A DNA stretch of 64,000 nt from Octopus sinensis (Eukaryota), in assembly GCF_006345805.1 (NCBI RefSeq), contig NC_043006.1:60822001-60886000 (forward strand), written 5' to 3'. Positions 1 to 12,619 of this stretch are shown in pieces (within the stretch, counting starts at the first letter, position 1; every line of letters begins with the position of its first letter). The notes under the pieces are model-generated. The model saw nothing but the letters and a program-made list of their open reading frames with translations. It was not told the DNA's origin and ran no database searches. A program made the translations under genes and the position numbers.

Positions 1-699
1 TATATATTTGAGATTTAAGGAGTGGAAGAGTAAACAAGTTACCTTATTATTAGATAACTATTACGTCACTCAGGCAAGAGTCTTTAAAGCAACATTACAT
101 TTTTCATGTCTGACTCTTACATTAAAAAGGGTCATCATGTATGGGCAGGTTCTCTGTAGTGGTTTTGGAGAGAGTTTATCTATGACCCGTAGCTGCTATA
201 CTTTCGACGTTTTCCATGGTATATATCTGTAAAAGTGTTTACAAAGGGCTGTACTTAGTATTTTAGTATTCGTCAATACACGCATTTCGTTCCATCATAT
301 ACATATATGCATATTAAAAGTGCGCATTTTTTGTGTAAGGATAAATGCTACATTCCATCAGTATGATACTTTATGTTTCAGAAACGTAACAAAATCCTAT
401 CAAAAACAATTTTGTACCCTCCTTCACACTATTCAATATGCATCCATTTGTTTCGTTATGAGATGCATTCTAAGAGGTCTCAAAAATTTTCAGAAGCAGC
501 AGTTACAGCCGTCTTAGATTATTGTAATATATTAGTATATCATTAGTGTACCTTTGATACCTTGATCTGCCAAATTTGCTATTCCAGACTGAAGGAGACG
601 GCTGTAACAGCACTCAGAACATTTTGTATTAAACACTGTTTATTATAGCTGTCTAGTTCGCAGAAAGTAGTTGGGACGTGAACAAAATATGGAAGTTCT

Positions 700-1410
700 C
701 TATGCAATATAGTTTTGTGTTAAGCAGGGATAAAACCCTACAGAATCATGTGAAATGCTGAAGACTGCATATGGATTAGCCTGTATGAACCGGACATAAT
801 GTTTTTCACTGGCACCAGAGGTTCAAGGGCGGTAGAAAGGAGATAAGAGATGACGAGAGTGTATATGTGTGTGTATGCGTGTGCGTGTATGTGTCTACAT
901 GCATGTATACACATATATACGTGTGTATGTGCGTGTGTGTATGTGTGTGTGTTTCTATTTCCATATCATAATAATGTGTATTTTAGAACTGCTGATACAG
1001 TCACGCTATATATTCCTTGGATCTATGTAGATATGTCTATATGGAATGTTAAAACACATAGCTGATATCTTTGATGTTAAAATATTGAGTAAATAGTGCT
1101 ATCACATTTGAATTCTTTTTGCTCGATCGATATGTATAAATGAATGGTTATCAGAGCTGGTTGAGAAAACGCACAATTTTCTGGAGGAAGATCATTAAGT
1201 GTCTATAAAGACAGTAAACATAGGTATGGAGTTGGTCTGGCAAATATACACCGAAATATTCATGAAGATCTGAGCATGCATAAAATCTGTACAATGTTTT
1301 TGTCAAGGTGTTCAGTGATGAACAGAAGTAAAGGCATGTTGGTGACGCAGGGGTATGGTTATTATCACCAGTCCAAGATTCTTTCACCATATTAATTAAC
1401 GGGAGATGGA
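700..1410 (+). mobile_element. Decayed mariner transposase remnant, interrupted by a microsatellite
   Basis: 700-860 translates with stops/frameshift as YAI*FCVKQG*NPTESCEMLKTAYGLACMNRT-VFHWHQRFKGGRKEIRDDE (mariner N-terminal HTH). 1160-1410 gives HRNIHEDLSMHKICTMF and a degenerate xTGDExW-like stretch. Confidence 0.7.
858..952. repeat. (TG)/(TA) compound microsatellite
   Basis: Direct reading of the sequence. Confidence 0.9.
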
Positions 1411-2644
1411 TTCAGTATTAAACTTTTATAGGAAAACTATAATTGTCACTAAAAGCGATTGAACGGGTCAGAACACTTACATTGCTAGAAATAAGATCTA
1501 AAATGCTTCAATGCTGTAAGAAAGGCACATAAGTATATAGATGTATGCTTATAAGTATTGCAACCACCTAGAAAACCGAGCCAGAATTCCCTATACTGAA
1601 CGTTAAGTTTCTGCTATTTCCATTACTTCTTTAGTAACGACCGTTCGTTTGGCTAATTTCGGGCTTAATTCTCTATCTCCATATAAGTATTCACCATAGG
1701 AATATATGGATGGTTTAGTGAATCGCTAATGCGTATACAAAAATCAATATAAAAAGTCATGCGCAAAGTTTCGCTATAAAAGGAAAATATGTCACTACAT
1801 GCGACTGAGGGTGTCAGAACACCTACATTGCTAGAAACAAGTACCATGAAATATTTTAGCAATGGTTAGGAAAAATGAAGCGTAGCATTGGGATTGTTAG
1901 TTGATGAAGGTTTCTTTTAAATTACTTCAGCGTTCATTTAATATTGAGTACAAATCTCCCTAAATGAATGATATATTATGAAACCAATATTACAACCAGA
2001 ATATAATTACGTTATTCTGTGTGCATTTACAACACAATATAAATAACAAATAATCATCCAAAGCTTATATTAGGGTAAAATATATATCACAAGCACAACC
2101 TTTGTTTTATCATTACCTATTTCAATTATGAATATATGATCAGAATTTCGCAGCTCAGTGAAATTGTAAAACAGAATCAGAATTTTATGTCATCAATTAT
2201 AGAATGAGAAAGGGAAAATAATGGTAGCGAAGATAACATAGAGCCAAAAATATTGCTGCAGTATCAAGCTACAATTTCTTATTGAATCCATCAGATATAC
2301 GCTTACATATTATTAGCACACCCTAGTTTAAACATAAAATATATGAACAATTCCATCATATTCAAATCAATCAAAATGAAATGATTCCAGTAATACATCT
2401 AGGTAAAAATAGACTGGCCATTTTTAATGATTTCCATATTTTTAAGATATTTGTAACAATCCTTCAGTATATACATATCTTGAGATCTCCATTTGCTGCC
2501 CTCTGCTGCAATAAATCATGCGCCATCTTTCCCAACACTTTCCTTCAAACAATCTCCGATATTGTGTTAAAGGTTACAGGCATTGCTCTTCAACCCTTGA
2601 CTAAGCGTGAAAAAAATTAATCAACTATCTTTAGAGAGAAATAG

Positions 2645-2650
2645 TATATG

Positions 2651-2692
<42 letters not shown>

Positions 2693-2847
2693 GTACACAC
2701 ACGTAAATGCATATATATATATATATATATATATATAATCATATATATATTTATGTACACATATGTATACATAAATATATATATAATCATATATATATTT
2801 ATGTACACATATGTATACATATATATTCACATGTACACACAAATAAA

Positions 2848-2891
<44 letters not shown>
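2645..2891. repeat. (AT)n compound microsatellite with an internal higher-order duplication
   Basis: Direct reading; the atatataatcatatatatatttatgtacacatatgtatacat block occurs twice. Confidence 0.95.
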
Positions 2892-2892
<1 letters not shown>

Positions 2893-3204
2893 TTATGATG
2901 CTATCAACAAGAATTATCGAGACGGTTATTATATTTATGCAACAAGAAGTAAAATATCAATTTGATAGATGGGAATGATGGATGTGATCAGACAGCATTT
3001 GTATATAGATATATGAATTTATGCAAACATTGATAACATGGGGAAACATGTTTCATTCTACTAACATCTCGACACGAACGCGTCAATTATCTTAAGGTTA
3101 TATAACTTACACAACACTACAGATATATACTGTTAATAATTGATTCGACCAGTCGTATTTGCTGAAAAGTTGCAAATATGGCATATGATTGTGAGCACGT
3201 GACT

Positions 3205-3368
<164 letters not shown>

Positions 3369-3371
3369 TCG

Positions 3372-3658
3372 TGGAGGCGCAATGGCCCAGTGGTTAGGGC
3401 AGCGGACTCGCGGTCGTAGGATCGTTGTGAGTGTTTATTGAGCGAAAACACTTAAAAGCTCCATGACGCTCCGGCAAGGCGTGGTGGCGAACCCTGCTGT
3501 ACTCTTACGCCACAACTTTCTCTCACTCTTTCTTCTGTTGGCCTGCTCGCTTAGCCAGCGGGGTGGCGTCATTTGAAGGCTAAAACAATGCGAAGCGCAT
3601 TGTGACCAGCGATGTGTAGCAGCCTCTGATAGTCTGGTCGGTCACGTGATCACGTGAT
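3372..3658 (+). mobile_element. tRNA-derived SINE (family C), internally deleted in the B-box region
   Basis: tRNA-like head GGAGGCGCAATGGCCCAGTGGTTAGGGCAGCGGACTCGCGG with A-box. Body is shared with the minus-strand copy at 48795-49085 (gctccggc, gccacaactttctctcactc). Confidence 0.8.
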
Positions 3659-3676
3659 ATATATATACATACATAC

Positions 3677-3719
<43 letters not shown>

Positions 3720-3774
3720 GTGTGTGTTTGTATGTGTTTGCATGTGTGTGTGTTTAATATAATATATATATATA

Positions 3775-6700
3775 CTAGCTGGTGTATCCGGTAATTCCCG
3801 AGAGTAAAGATATTCTCAGTAGCTATTTAAACGCCTTACCACTCTGATATAACAAAGCAATTTCGTTATCACTGCCACAAAAGGTGTATTTTCCGTCACG
3901 AAAAAGGACGCAAACTGTCAGCCTGAAGGGAGAGATATTGTCGGAGGTTGGCGAGGGAGGTTATCGGAGGGAGAGGCATCTTTGTTTGAAAATTTCAGTC
4001 TTGATACACAATGTTTTTGGTTTGTTTTTGGGTGCATAGATAATAAATTTTTCGGATATCCAACTCTAGAGCATCCGGCATTGAGCTGTCCGTGAGAAAA
4101 AGCAGGTTCTGCAAGATTAAGGCCTACCTCTTCAAATGTCTGACCGTGTGCTTTGTTGATGCTCACTGCAAAGCTTGAATTGTAGCCTTTTGATATTAAT
4201 TTGTGTGTCGCAAGGAATCAGAGGAATCTTTGGAATGAAAAAAATCTTCGTCACTTGCTTTCCCAGTCAGTGTTGTCGCCTCTGACACTATCTGCATCAG
4301 TTTGTTTTTCTTTGTTTATGATAAGTCTCGTGACATTGCATAATAAGGTGGGGAAATTGGGGTTTATTAAAAACATAACTGGGGCTCCAAACTTTAGATA
4401 CAATTCATGCGGTGGTAGGCCTGAAGGTGCAAGGCTACGTCATCGCAGGCGATGACGTAGCTTTACACGTTTTCCCAGCCAACAATGCTCTCTGAATTGT
4501 GTGTTTAGATTGGGGAAAACTCTCGCCAATATTTCGTGTATATCTGACACCAAATTGCCAAAGGGTAAACTAATCTTCCCATCCTGCCCAACAATTACAG
4601 CACCGTTTCCAATATCCATGAATTACCTGCGCATCACCACCTAACTGCACTTTCATGTTTGTTGCGAGTTTCAACTTTCTAACCTTGCTCCAAAGGTATG
4701 AAGATCTGATGCTTGCATTTACCTCATCTGCTCTCGTTCCCTTTGAATTGACTGGGAACGTTTGTCGAAAGTCGCCTGCAAGGAGTACAGTTAGGCCGCC
4801 CATTAGCTCTGTGTTGCATCTCAGATCTTGAAGCAACGTGTCAAGAGCCTCAAAACCCCCTTATGACTCAATGTCGCTTCATCCCAAGTGATCAATTTGC
4901 ACTGGGTGAGAATTTTTGCCACGACTGATATTGCAGGTCACTATCTTTTTTTTCGCAAGGTCCAGAGGCAATTTGAAGCACGAACGTCCACCGTTTAACC
5001 GAGTTGCAGCTATTCCACTTGACGCCACAGTAAGGGCAATCTGTATATTTTGTCGCATCCTCGCCAAAATATGATTGATAAAGAATGTTTTTTTAGTTCC
5101 ACCTATAACACTGAGAAAGAAGAGATTACCAGTCTCGCTATGAGTGGACAAAATAATAGATTCGAAGGCAGTTTTTTGATCCTCGTTTTTTGATCCTCGT
5201 TGTATTCATTATAAGCCACAAACGCTGCCATTTCTTCTACGTCATAATTGATCTTCCGTACATATTCGATTTCAAGGGCTTCAGGTGACATATCTGGTTG
5301 AGGGAGTCCAAAAGCAGTAACTCCACTGCCACCCATGGATTTCACTTGATTGTCTAGGTCATTGAATGCCTCGTTGAAAACAGCCTCGTTTTATTCGACA
5401 GTTTCCGATGGGTTCTGCCTTTGAAGTCTGCGTAGTATATCCTCTGACATGCTTTCTCTGTAATTCTCTCAAAGCGTTACAGGATCATGTCGTAAGCATG
5501 ATGGAGAATAGTTGGCATAGTCGAGCCAGAATTTTAGTGACAGAAGTCTCGTCGAGTGTTTGGTGCTAGTGAGCATCAACTTTATGTAGCCCATGTTTGG
5601 CAGAGGCTACCCTGAAGGTCGGACAGAGTCCTCCATTAAGCATTTGCAGATGTTCGAAAGATGTGGGACCTCGGACGGTGTGTAAGAGGAAACGTAAAAA
5701 GAAACACTCTTGTTGATTTGTATGGACTCTAAACTCTCCCAATAGCATCGCTTTTAAAATATCTCTTCTGCCTCATAGACGACAACTGGAGTTCCATGTA
5801 TTTGTGTTACCCATTTTTTTCCTGATCAGGTGTAATAGACAGGTACCTCAACATAAAGCAGGGATAGGGCGAAATTGTCTGTTTTGCATAGGTCGAAGAA
5901 AGCTGTAAGAGTTGTTTTTTTTTGGGGGGGGGGGGGGCGGGGGGTGAAATTACTGTTGAGCATTTTCTTCCGGGAAATAGACACCTCTCCGTTTTCAAGA
6001 TGAACATCTAGATTCACACCTGTTGGGTACCTCTGTGAAGTGGGAAGCCAAATATACGCCAAATCGCCTCGTTAGATGATATGTATCTTCCCAATAGATA
6101 ACGTCTTATTTTATCCGTTCGCTGTTCATCCGCATTGACTCCAAAACCTGCCATATCTAACCCCTTGTTGATGTATTTGCAGATATATTTTATGCTCCTT
6201 ACAAAATTACCTGATTCGACTTTGATGTGTGCCTCGAACATTTTCGATAGAAGTTTGGTGTAGGGCTCAATCTATCTGTTGTCGACTTCAGTCTCTTGCT
6301 GGTGTATCTTCAGTGTTACAGTATAACTGCCATCATCAGGTTTGCGCCGCCTGTAGAGTGGATAACCGTCATGACTAGTGCGTGTTTCTTGAACGAATAG
6401 TCCGCGGAAAATCTTGGTGCACATATTATTCTCCATGCAAGGGGACGAAGGGCTGAAGCTTCTACATGGCCCATGAATCATGTGTTTCTTCAAAATGATG
6501 TAGAGCTGAGCGTCTTACTCTGGGTTTGGGAACCCTGCACTAATGATTTCATCAATCGAAATTGGACATATCTTCTCCTTGCACCATATGAGGGTATGCG
6601 AATGAGGCAGACCCCGTTTCGGCTATTCGATTGTGTGCATCCAAGCATTCAGACCACCAAGGATTTTAGCATCTTTGACCAACCACAAAAGTTTTTGTTG

Positions 6701-7620
6701 TTTCAAGTTGAAGATTCTTGCAATTACGTCATGTCTATCACTGCTGTATTGACCTTCGAAGAGGCGGTCTAGAATATCTTGCTATTTAGGATTGCAGGTA
6801 AAGGTGATGAATAAATCAGGTCGACAGAACTTGCGCGCGTAGGTCATGGCATCCTGAGTCCGTTGATGCCTATATCGTGGAGAGCCAATGAAGCTTGCTG
6901 GTAGGATTTGACGGATATTTGCCCTCATCTTGTTTGTGTTAACAACAAATAAGATGAGGACAAATATCCGTCAAATGTAAATAATGTATGTAGATAACAA
7001 TTTAAATATTGAAGTAGAATAGACGAAGAATAATTGCTTGATTTAGTAAATATCAAATATAATTAATTGGAGACTTACTTGAAGTCGCCGTTGTCGCATT
7101 AGATCAGCTTCTGAAATAGAAGTACCCACTCGCACTCTTACTTGCTGTGGCATTTTAAAGGTAAAATTTATCAAGGCTAATTTATTAAATCTAATATATA
7201 AATGTTGTACATATAAACACAAAAAGTATGTATATATATATAAATGTATGAATGAAGTTTTAAGGTTTAAAATTCAAATCAAGAAAGTGCGATAATAAAG
7301 TTTAGCAGGTTAAAAGGTAGTGAAATGGAGAATTAGGTCCGCTAATCGTTAGAATCAAACACTGATCGTTTCGCTAAAAGCTGATAATTCTAAATGCAGG
7401 TGCTATGGGTTATTTCCCTTGGGTGCTCAACTAAAATATATTAGTTATATGTAGTAGATATAAGAATCCCTTCCAGGGGCTCTATTATCGATTTTTTCAG
7501 CAATCTAAGTATGTCACGAAACTTGAATTCGGCTCACGTGTCAAGGTTCATCAAAACTGATAAAACGACGTAGGAGGAGTTAGCTAACATCTACATACAT
7601 AATTTCTCAGATATGTAGTG
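3775..7620 (-). mobile_element. Helitron remnant with decayed RepHel (HUH Rep plus PIF1 helicase), N-terminal part deleted
   Basis: Minus-strand peptides: RPDLFITFTCNP (Rep motif 1, ~6820); WMHTIE*PKRGLPHSHTLIW (HUH motif 2, ~6610); IKYICKYINKG (motif 3); GGTKKTF..VASSGIAAT (Walker A region); LLAGDFRQTFPV; MSINKAHGQT..FSHGQL (PIF1 motifs). 3' end CTAG|T with subterminal hairpin at 3775-3810; 5' region resembles the small Helitron at 37287-37672. Confidence 0.93.
6906..6976. repeat. 71-bp near-perfect palindrome at the Helitron deletion junction
   Basis: ATTTGACGGATATTTG...CAAATATCCGTCAAAT centred on GTTAAC, with about 3 differences between arms. Confidence 0.9.
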
Positions 7621-7655
7621 TATAAACACACACACACATACACACACACGCACAT

Positions 7656-7703
<48 letters not shown>

Positions 7704-7710
7704 TTATGTG

Positions 7711-8447
7711 CAGGTGTTGGGCAAAATAATGGAAAGACCTAGCATCATAGCATCATAATTTTGAAATATCTATAAAACCGCCAAAACCTTATTTATTTTA
7801 GGTATGTTTTTTTTATTTATTATTAGTGATGCTTAATATTTTTTGCTAAAATTGCTGTTTCTTTTCAGATATTATCAGAAAATGTAATTAAAATTCATTA
7901 AAATGACAGATCTATCGAACTTTCAAAGAGCTCAAAATGTTTGTGATCGTATGGCAGACACTAGCAAAACAAAAAGAGCCGAGATGTTTGGTTTATCAAG
8001 AAGTACTGTCTCGAAAGTAATGAAGTAATGACAGCCTTTGAAACAGAGTGAAAAACCTCCTCGCCGAAACAAAACTCCGGAAGAAAACCAAAACTTTCAG
8101 ATAGGGACCGTCGGACTCTTACGCGAATTGTTAGAATGGATCACAAAAGTATAACTCCCAACATTATTGTTCGCCAGGACCTGCACAAAGCCGGATTTTA
8201 CGGGAGGGCTGCAATCAAATAGCCACTACTTTCAAAAACAAACGTTGTAATGCGTTTAGAGTGGTGTAAAAACCTACAGAATTGATCCCTAGAGCAATGA
8301 GAGAATGTTATTTTCTCGACCGAGTCGTCCTTTACCTTATTTCCGACCACCAGCCGAGTACTCGTGTGGAGACAGCCAAAAGAAGCATTTGACTCAGACG
8401 GCCTTCTTCCAACTGTTAAAAATGGAGGAGGAACTGTAATGATCGGC

Positions 8448-8492
<45 letters not shown>

Positions 8493-8935
8493 GTGCTATA
8501 TCTTGGAAATGGTCTCCCTTTATGACAGAAGTAACAGTAAAGACCTTTTAAGCATTTTATCTGATCAAATATTTCAGGATGATAATGCAGAAATTCACAC
8601 AACTAAAGTTTTACTGAATGGCACGAGGAACATTCTTGTAAAATTGAACATCTTATCTGGCTACCACCGTTTGCAGATCTCAATATTATTGAACATTTAT
8701 GGTGCATTTTAGAGAAACAATTGAGGATTCGATATCTTCTACCTTCATCACTACAATAATTAGAGACTGTTTAGCTGAAGAATGGGCAAAACTTACTTTG
8801 GAAACAATGCAAACTTTGTACGAGTCTATACTACCTAGAATTCAAGCTGTATTACTGCCAAAGGTGGTCCTATCCCATATTAAAATAAATTTGTTTGAAA
8901 TTTTAAGGTGTTTCCATTATTTTGTCCAACCCCTG
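7711..8935 (+). mobile_element. Tc1-family DNA transposon, decayed, with ~30-bp TIRs
   Basis: Left CAGGTGTTGGGCAAAATAATGGAAAGACCT vs right reverse complement CAGGGGTTGGACAAAATAATGGAAACACCT, followed by TA. Peptides MTDLSNFQRAQ..AEMFGLSRSTVSKVM, IFSTESSFTLF..LPTVKNGGGTVMI and DLNIIEHLW-like. (GT)n inserted at ~8447-8490. Confidence 0.92.
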
Positions 8936-9077
8936 TATGTATGTATGTATGTATGTATGTATGTATGTGTGTGTGTGTATGTATGTATGTATGTATGTAT
9001 GTATGTGTGTGTGTGTATGTATGTATGTATGTATGTATGTATGTATGTGTGTGTGTATGTATGTATGTATGTATATA
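8936..9077. repeat. (TATG)n/(TG)n microsatellite
   Basis: Direct reading. Confidence 0.95.
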
Positions 9078-9078
9078 T

Positions 9079-9487
9079 GTTGTCACTCATCTGTCTCGCT
9101 TTATGACTACGAAGATGACTCTTGAGTCCAGCTTTACTGAGGCAGGGTCTTGCACAGACACTGCATGTCGGCATCATAGGAAGACCCTTCCCATCCGGAA
9201 GTATAACAGCGATGCCCTTCCTGACATCCCTACTTACTTTCTCATGTGCATATCTGTCGGGCATGTGGAAGAGAGTGTAATTCGGCAGGAGGACTTAAAC
9301 GACATGCAAAGGTACATGAAGCCCAGTTACAACTACAGACGGCTATTACCGGTAAAAGTTTTAGGTGCCATTTCTGTACAAGACATTGTAGATCTTTAGC
9401 TGCGTTAAATAGTCACATCCGATCACAGCACCAGTAACAGTTAAGCTTCGTGCAATGGCCATACTCGATAACGAAGGGGCAGCCATA
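9079..9487 (+). mobile_element. 3' end of an RTE-like LINE with C2H2 zinc fingers; 5' portion (9079-~9250) inverted
   Basis: Plus strand: HICRACGRECNSAGGLKRHAKVH..FRCHFCTRHCRSLAALNSHIRSQHQ* then a tail GCAATGGCCATACTCGATAACGAAGGGGCAGCC shared with 31627-31720. Minus strand: HEKVSRDVRKG..CSVCARPCLSKAGLKSHLRSH, colinear with the ORF at 20112-20411. Confidence 0.75.
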
Positions 9488-9609
9488 ATAATGTATGAAT
9501 GTACGTATGCTTGTATGCGTGTATATATGTGTGTGAGTGTGTGTTTGATTGTATACAAACACGTACACGCATATTTTCAATAACATAAGCAGGCAAAGAC
9601 ATAAAAGAA

Positions 9610-10250
9610 GAGCTCAATATGTGTCGTCTGAATTTCCTAACTCTTCAAATAGATTAGTATTCTTATACAAGATAACTTTTGGCCAGATTTTCAGGAATAT
9701 GGCCAGCGTCCAGCGATTTCTTCCAGATAATAGCTAAAGGGTATCCCAGTTGATGAAGGCATTACTTCAGGATTCTAGCGGTGACGTGTGGAAGCCTGAA
9801 ATTGGTTTCTTTATAATTTTGTTAATAGTTGCTATGACATCCGAGGCTTCAATTGATATATCGGGTAGGGATTGCTGGGAGTTTGTTTTACTGTTTGATT
9901 CTGTCAGGATTAACCATGCTGGTATTGCTGAAATGGGGCAGTATTGTTTCTTTAGAATCTCAACCATACCTTCTGCACCACTGTGCAGAGTGCCATCTTC
10001 ATCTGTCAGAGGTCGAAAAGATAACAGATAAAACAGAGGAAGCCTTATGCATTTTGATGAATGAGAACACTATACGCTTGATTTTCGCAACAACCCTCTT
10101 TTCGTCTGCTTTTCTTTGACTGTTGAAGAAAATCGTCATGCAGTTTTGAAGAAAATGCTATTTTGATTCTAGTAAAGCTGTATCTGCAGAGTGTTGATTT
10201 TGTAGCTTCCAATATTTTACTTGTTTGATTTTTCGATTAATAATTTTTTT
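9610..10250 (-). mobile_element. CR1/L2/Jockey-group LINE ORF2 fragment (pre-RT region), decayed
   Basis: Minus-strand peptides EKADEKRVVAKIKRIVFSFIK, MVEILKKQYC, IEASDVIATINKI and YPLAIIWKKSLDAGHIPE resemble the region preceding RT domain 0 in these LINEs. Confidence 0.65.
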
Positions 10251-10251
10251 A

Positions 10252-10443
10252 ATCGTGATGCATATATGCCATTTGAATATGGCTAACCTATAAGGGTGGA
10301 TGCTACTGTAGTTTGTAGCCCCAGGAAGATATCTCCTCCAGCTGGAGCTGGAGCTGGAGGAGATATCTTCCTGGGGCTACAAACTACAGTAGCATCCACC
10401 CTTATGGGTTAGCCATATTCAAATGGCATATATGCATCACGAT
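10252..10443. repeat. 192-bp foldback palindrome (92-bp arms, 8-nt spacer)
   Basis: ATCGTGATGCATATATGCC...CTCCTCCAGCT [GGAGCTGG] AGCTGGAGGAG...GGCATATATGCATCACGAT; one mismatch seen. Confidence 0.95.
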
Positions 10444-10708
10444 GTGTTACCGCTACTGTTTATAACTCGCTCTGAGATTTATCATAATTTTTTAAATATC
10501 TTTCCTATAAGCACTCCTCTGTTACATAGGGGCCTGTGTTTAGTTTTACTCATGGACCGCAGTGGGGGTGTGGCGGAAAGATATAATTCTGACAGTGTAT
10601 ACAAATATGTGTCAGGATGTATTGATGCTGCTTGGGGTGAGTGAATGAGTGAAAGATAATCAAGGTGTGAAAAATTGTGGGTGTTGCTTACACGTGCGTA
10701 CACACAAC

Positions 10709-10772
<64 letters not shown>

Positions 10773-11442
10773 GGGGGTATATGCATGTATATATATATAT
10801 AGTAAGTGTGTATAATAATATGTATACCCACACAAACATATTTAGTTCGACATTACTACACTTTTACAGGAAATTTATCCTAGAAATTTGCTTAATATAC
10901 ACTTTACGGTAAATCTTCCGATCTTTTTACATTTATGGCTATAGTTATACACACATACACACACGTATACATTCCATACAAATCGCTAAGGTACAATATT
11001 ACTGGTGGTATTAATAGTCTGTAATGTTATTCAATGCACTGCTACTGAGAGATATTTCAAATTGAGAGATATTTTCTATGTCTACAATTTTGTTTTTGCT
11101 AATTTTTTTTTCAGTTTGCGAAAATGGATTCCAAGAGTGGATAACGACGAGATGACGACAGCGATGATTATGATGATGAAAATGTTGATAATGATGATGA
11201 TGATGACGACAACGATGATGAAGATGATATTCTGTAAGAGGTTATTGAAAGGATTGTGACAAAGACAAACACTAAAGTAGTTAATATTGTTGTTAGTGGA
11301 AAACCATTCCTAATTGATCAGACGTAAGATCAAAAATTTCAACTAGGTCCATCCAGTTATAGTTCAGGCGGAGTGTACTCCAAAATACAGTAGCAACGTT
11401 TCTGTTCTCATAAAACAATTGCATATCATTTAAGAAAGATTT

Positions 11443-11652
11443 AAGGCGGTGAACTGACAGAATCGTTAGCACGCCACGCAAAATGCTTAGCGGTATTTCG
11501 TCTGTCTTTGCTTCCTGAAGTCAAATTTCGTCGAGGTCGAATTTGCCTTTTGTCCTTCGGGATTACTAAAGTAAGAACTCTGAGGTCGGCGTAATCTACT
11601 TAACAACTTTCCCGAACTTGCTGGCCTTGTGCCAAAATTAGAATTCATTATT
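11443..11652 (+). mobile_element. Degenerate SINE (family B, Meta-domain-like core) with GGCCTTGTGCCAAAA-type tail
   Basis: AAGGCGGTGAACTGACAGAATCGTTAGCAC..GAGGTCGAATTTGCCTTT, homologous to the intact copy at 56603-56834. Confidence 0.7.
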
Positions 11653-12492
11653 TGAGAGCGATTTGATTATCTATTGCAGATATAGTCATGACTTAATGAT
11701 TTTCTTGATAGTTTCATCCCTCTGTCCCTACTACTCTCCTCTCCTTCCATGTGATCGGTGTTCCACCAAGCCTGACTTTTCTTTCTTGGTTCGACTACCA
11801 TTCGCGTAGCATCTCTTATATTCCTTATCATGACTTTCATCTCTTATACTGCTGCCGTACGGCTTCACTTCCACACACGCCGGCTTAATTTAATTCGCCA
11901 TTAGTCGAAAGACACCTTTTGTTATATCCTGTTGTTTGTATTTGTAATTGTGTACCATTTTTCCGTTTTGCCGTCCTTGATTTCGAATACGTTCGCTTAC
12001 TTTCTTCCAAAGAATCTCGTGCTCTTAGCTTAGATTTACTTGGGTTCGGTCAGATTGGAGCAGTCTCGAATGTAACCGGCTGAAACTGCAACGACGATCT
12101 GGAATTAGACTGAAGAAAGAAAGCTCCGAATCACCTGTCCTTGTTTTTTCCTGTCCTTTTTTATCGTCTAACTATCCGCATGTATTGTTGTCGCCTGTTA
12201 CATTCTTGTTCAATTTTTTGTGTTGTTTCTTTTATATATAACTATAGCCCCGTAGTACACTTTTGGTCACCTTTATGTAAGTATAGATATATATAAGTTC
12301 TGAACGACTCTTTTACTCTTTCTTTTAGACCCTTCACATTTTCTAAGTTCTTTCCACTTTAATTTTTTATCGCTCACCCTCTCTCACATTTTTTGGCCTT
12401 CTCTTCATTCTCAGCATTTTCCCCTCCTTTACCTCACTCTGTCCTTTTCGTTTTCTCGTCCGTCCCTAATTATTCAATCCTTGTTCGTGTTC

Positions 12493-12561
<69 letters not shown>

Positions 12562-12619
12562 TGTTTATATATATGTATGTAAGTATCTATCTATCGATAT
12601 ATATATATGTGTGTGTATG

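Noticed and set aside
2400-2600. Possible CR1-type LINE 3' fragment on the minus strand
   Set aside because: The similarity (CWERW..LQQR) is too fragmentary to call.
9246-9437. Two-finger C2H2 ORF as a host zinc-finger gene
   Set aside because: It is followed directly by a retroposon tail shared with 31627-31720 and is homologous to the LINE fragment at 20040-20480.
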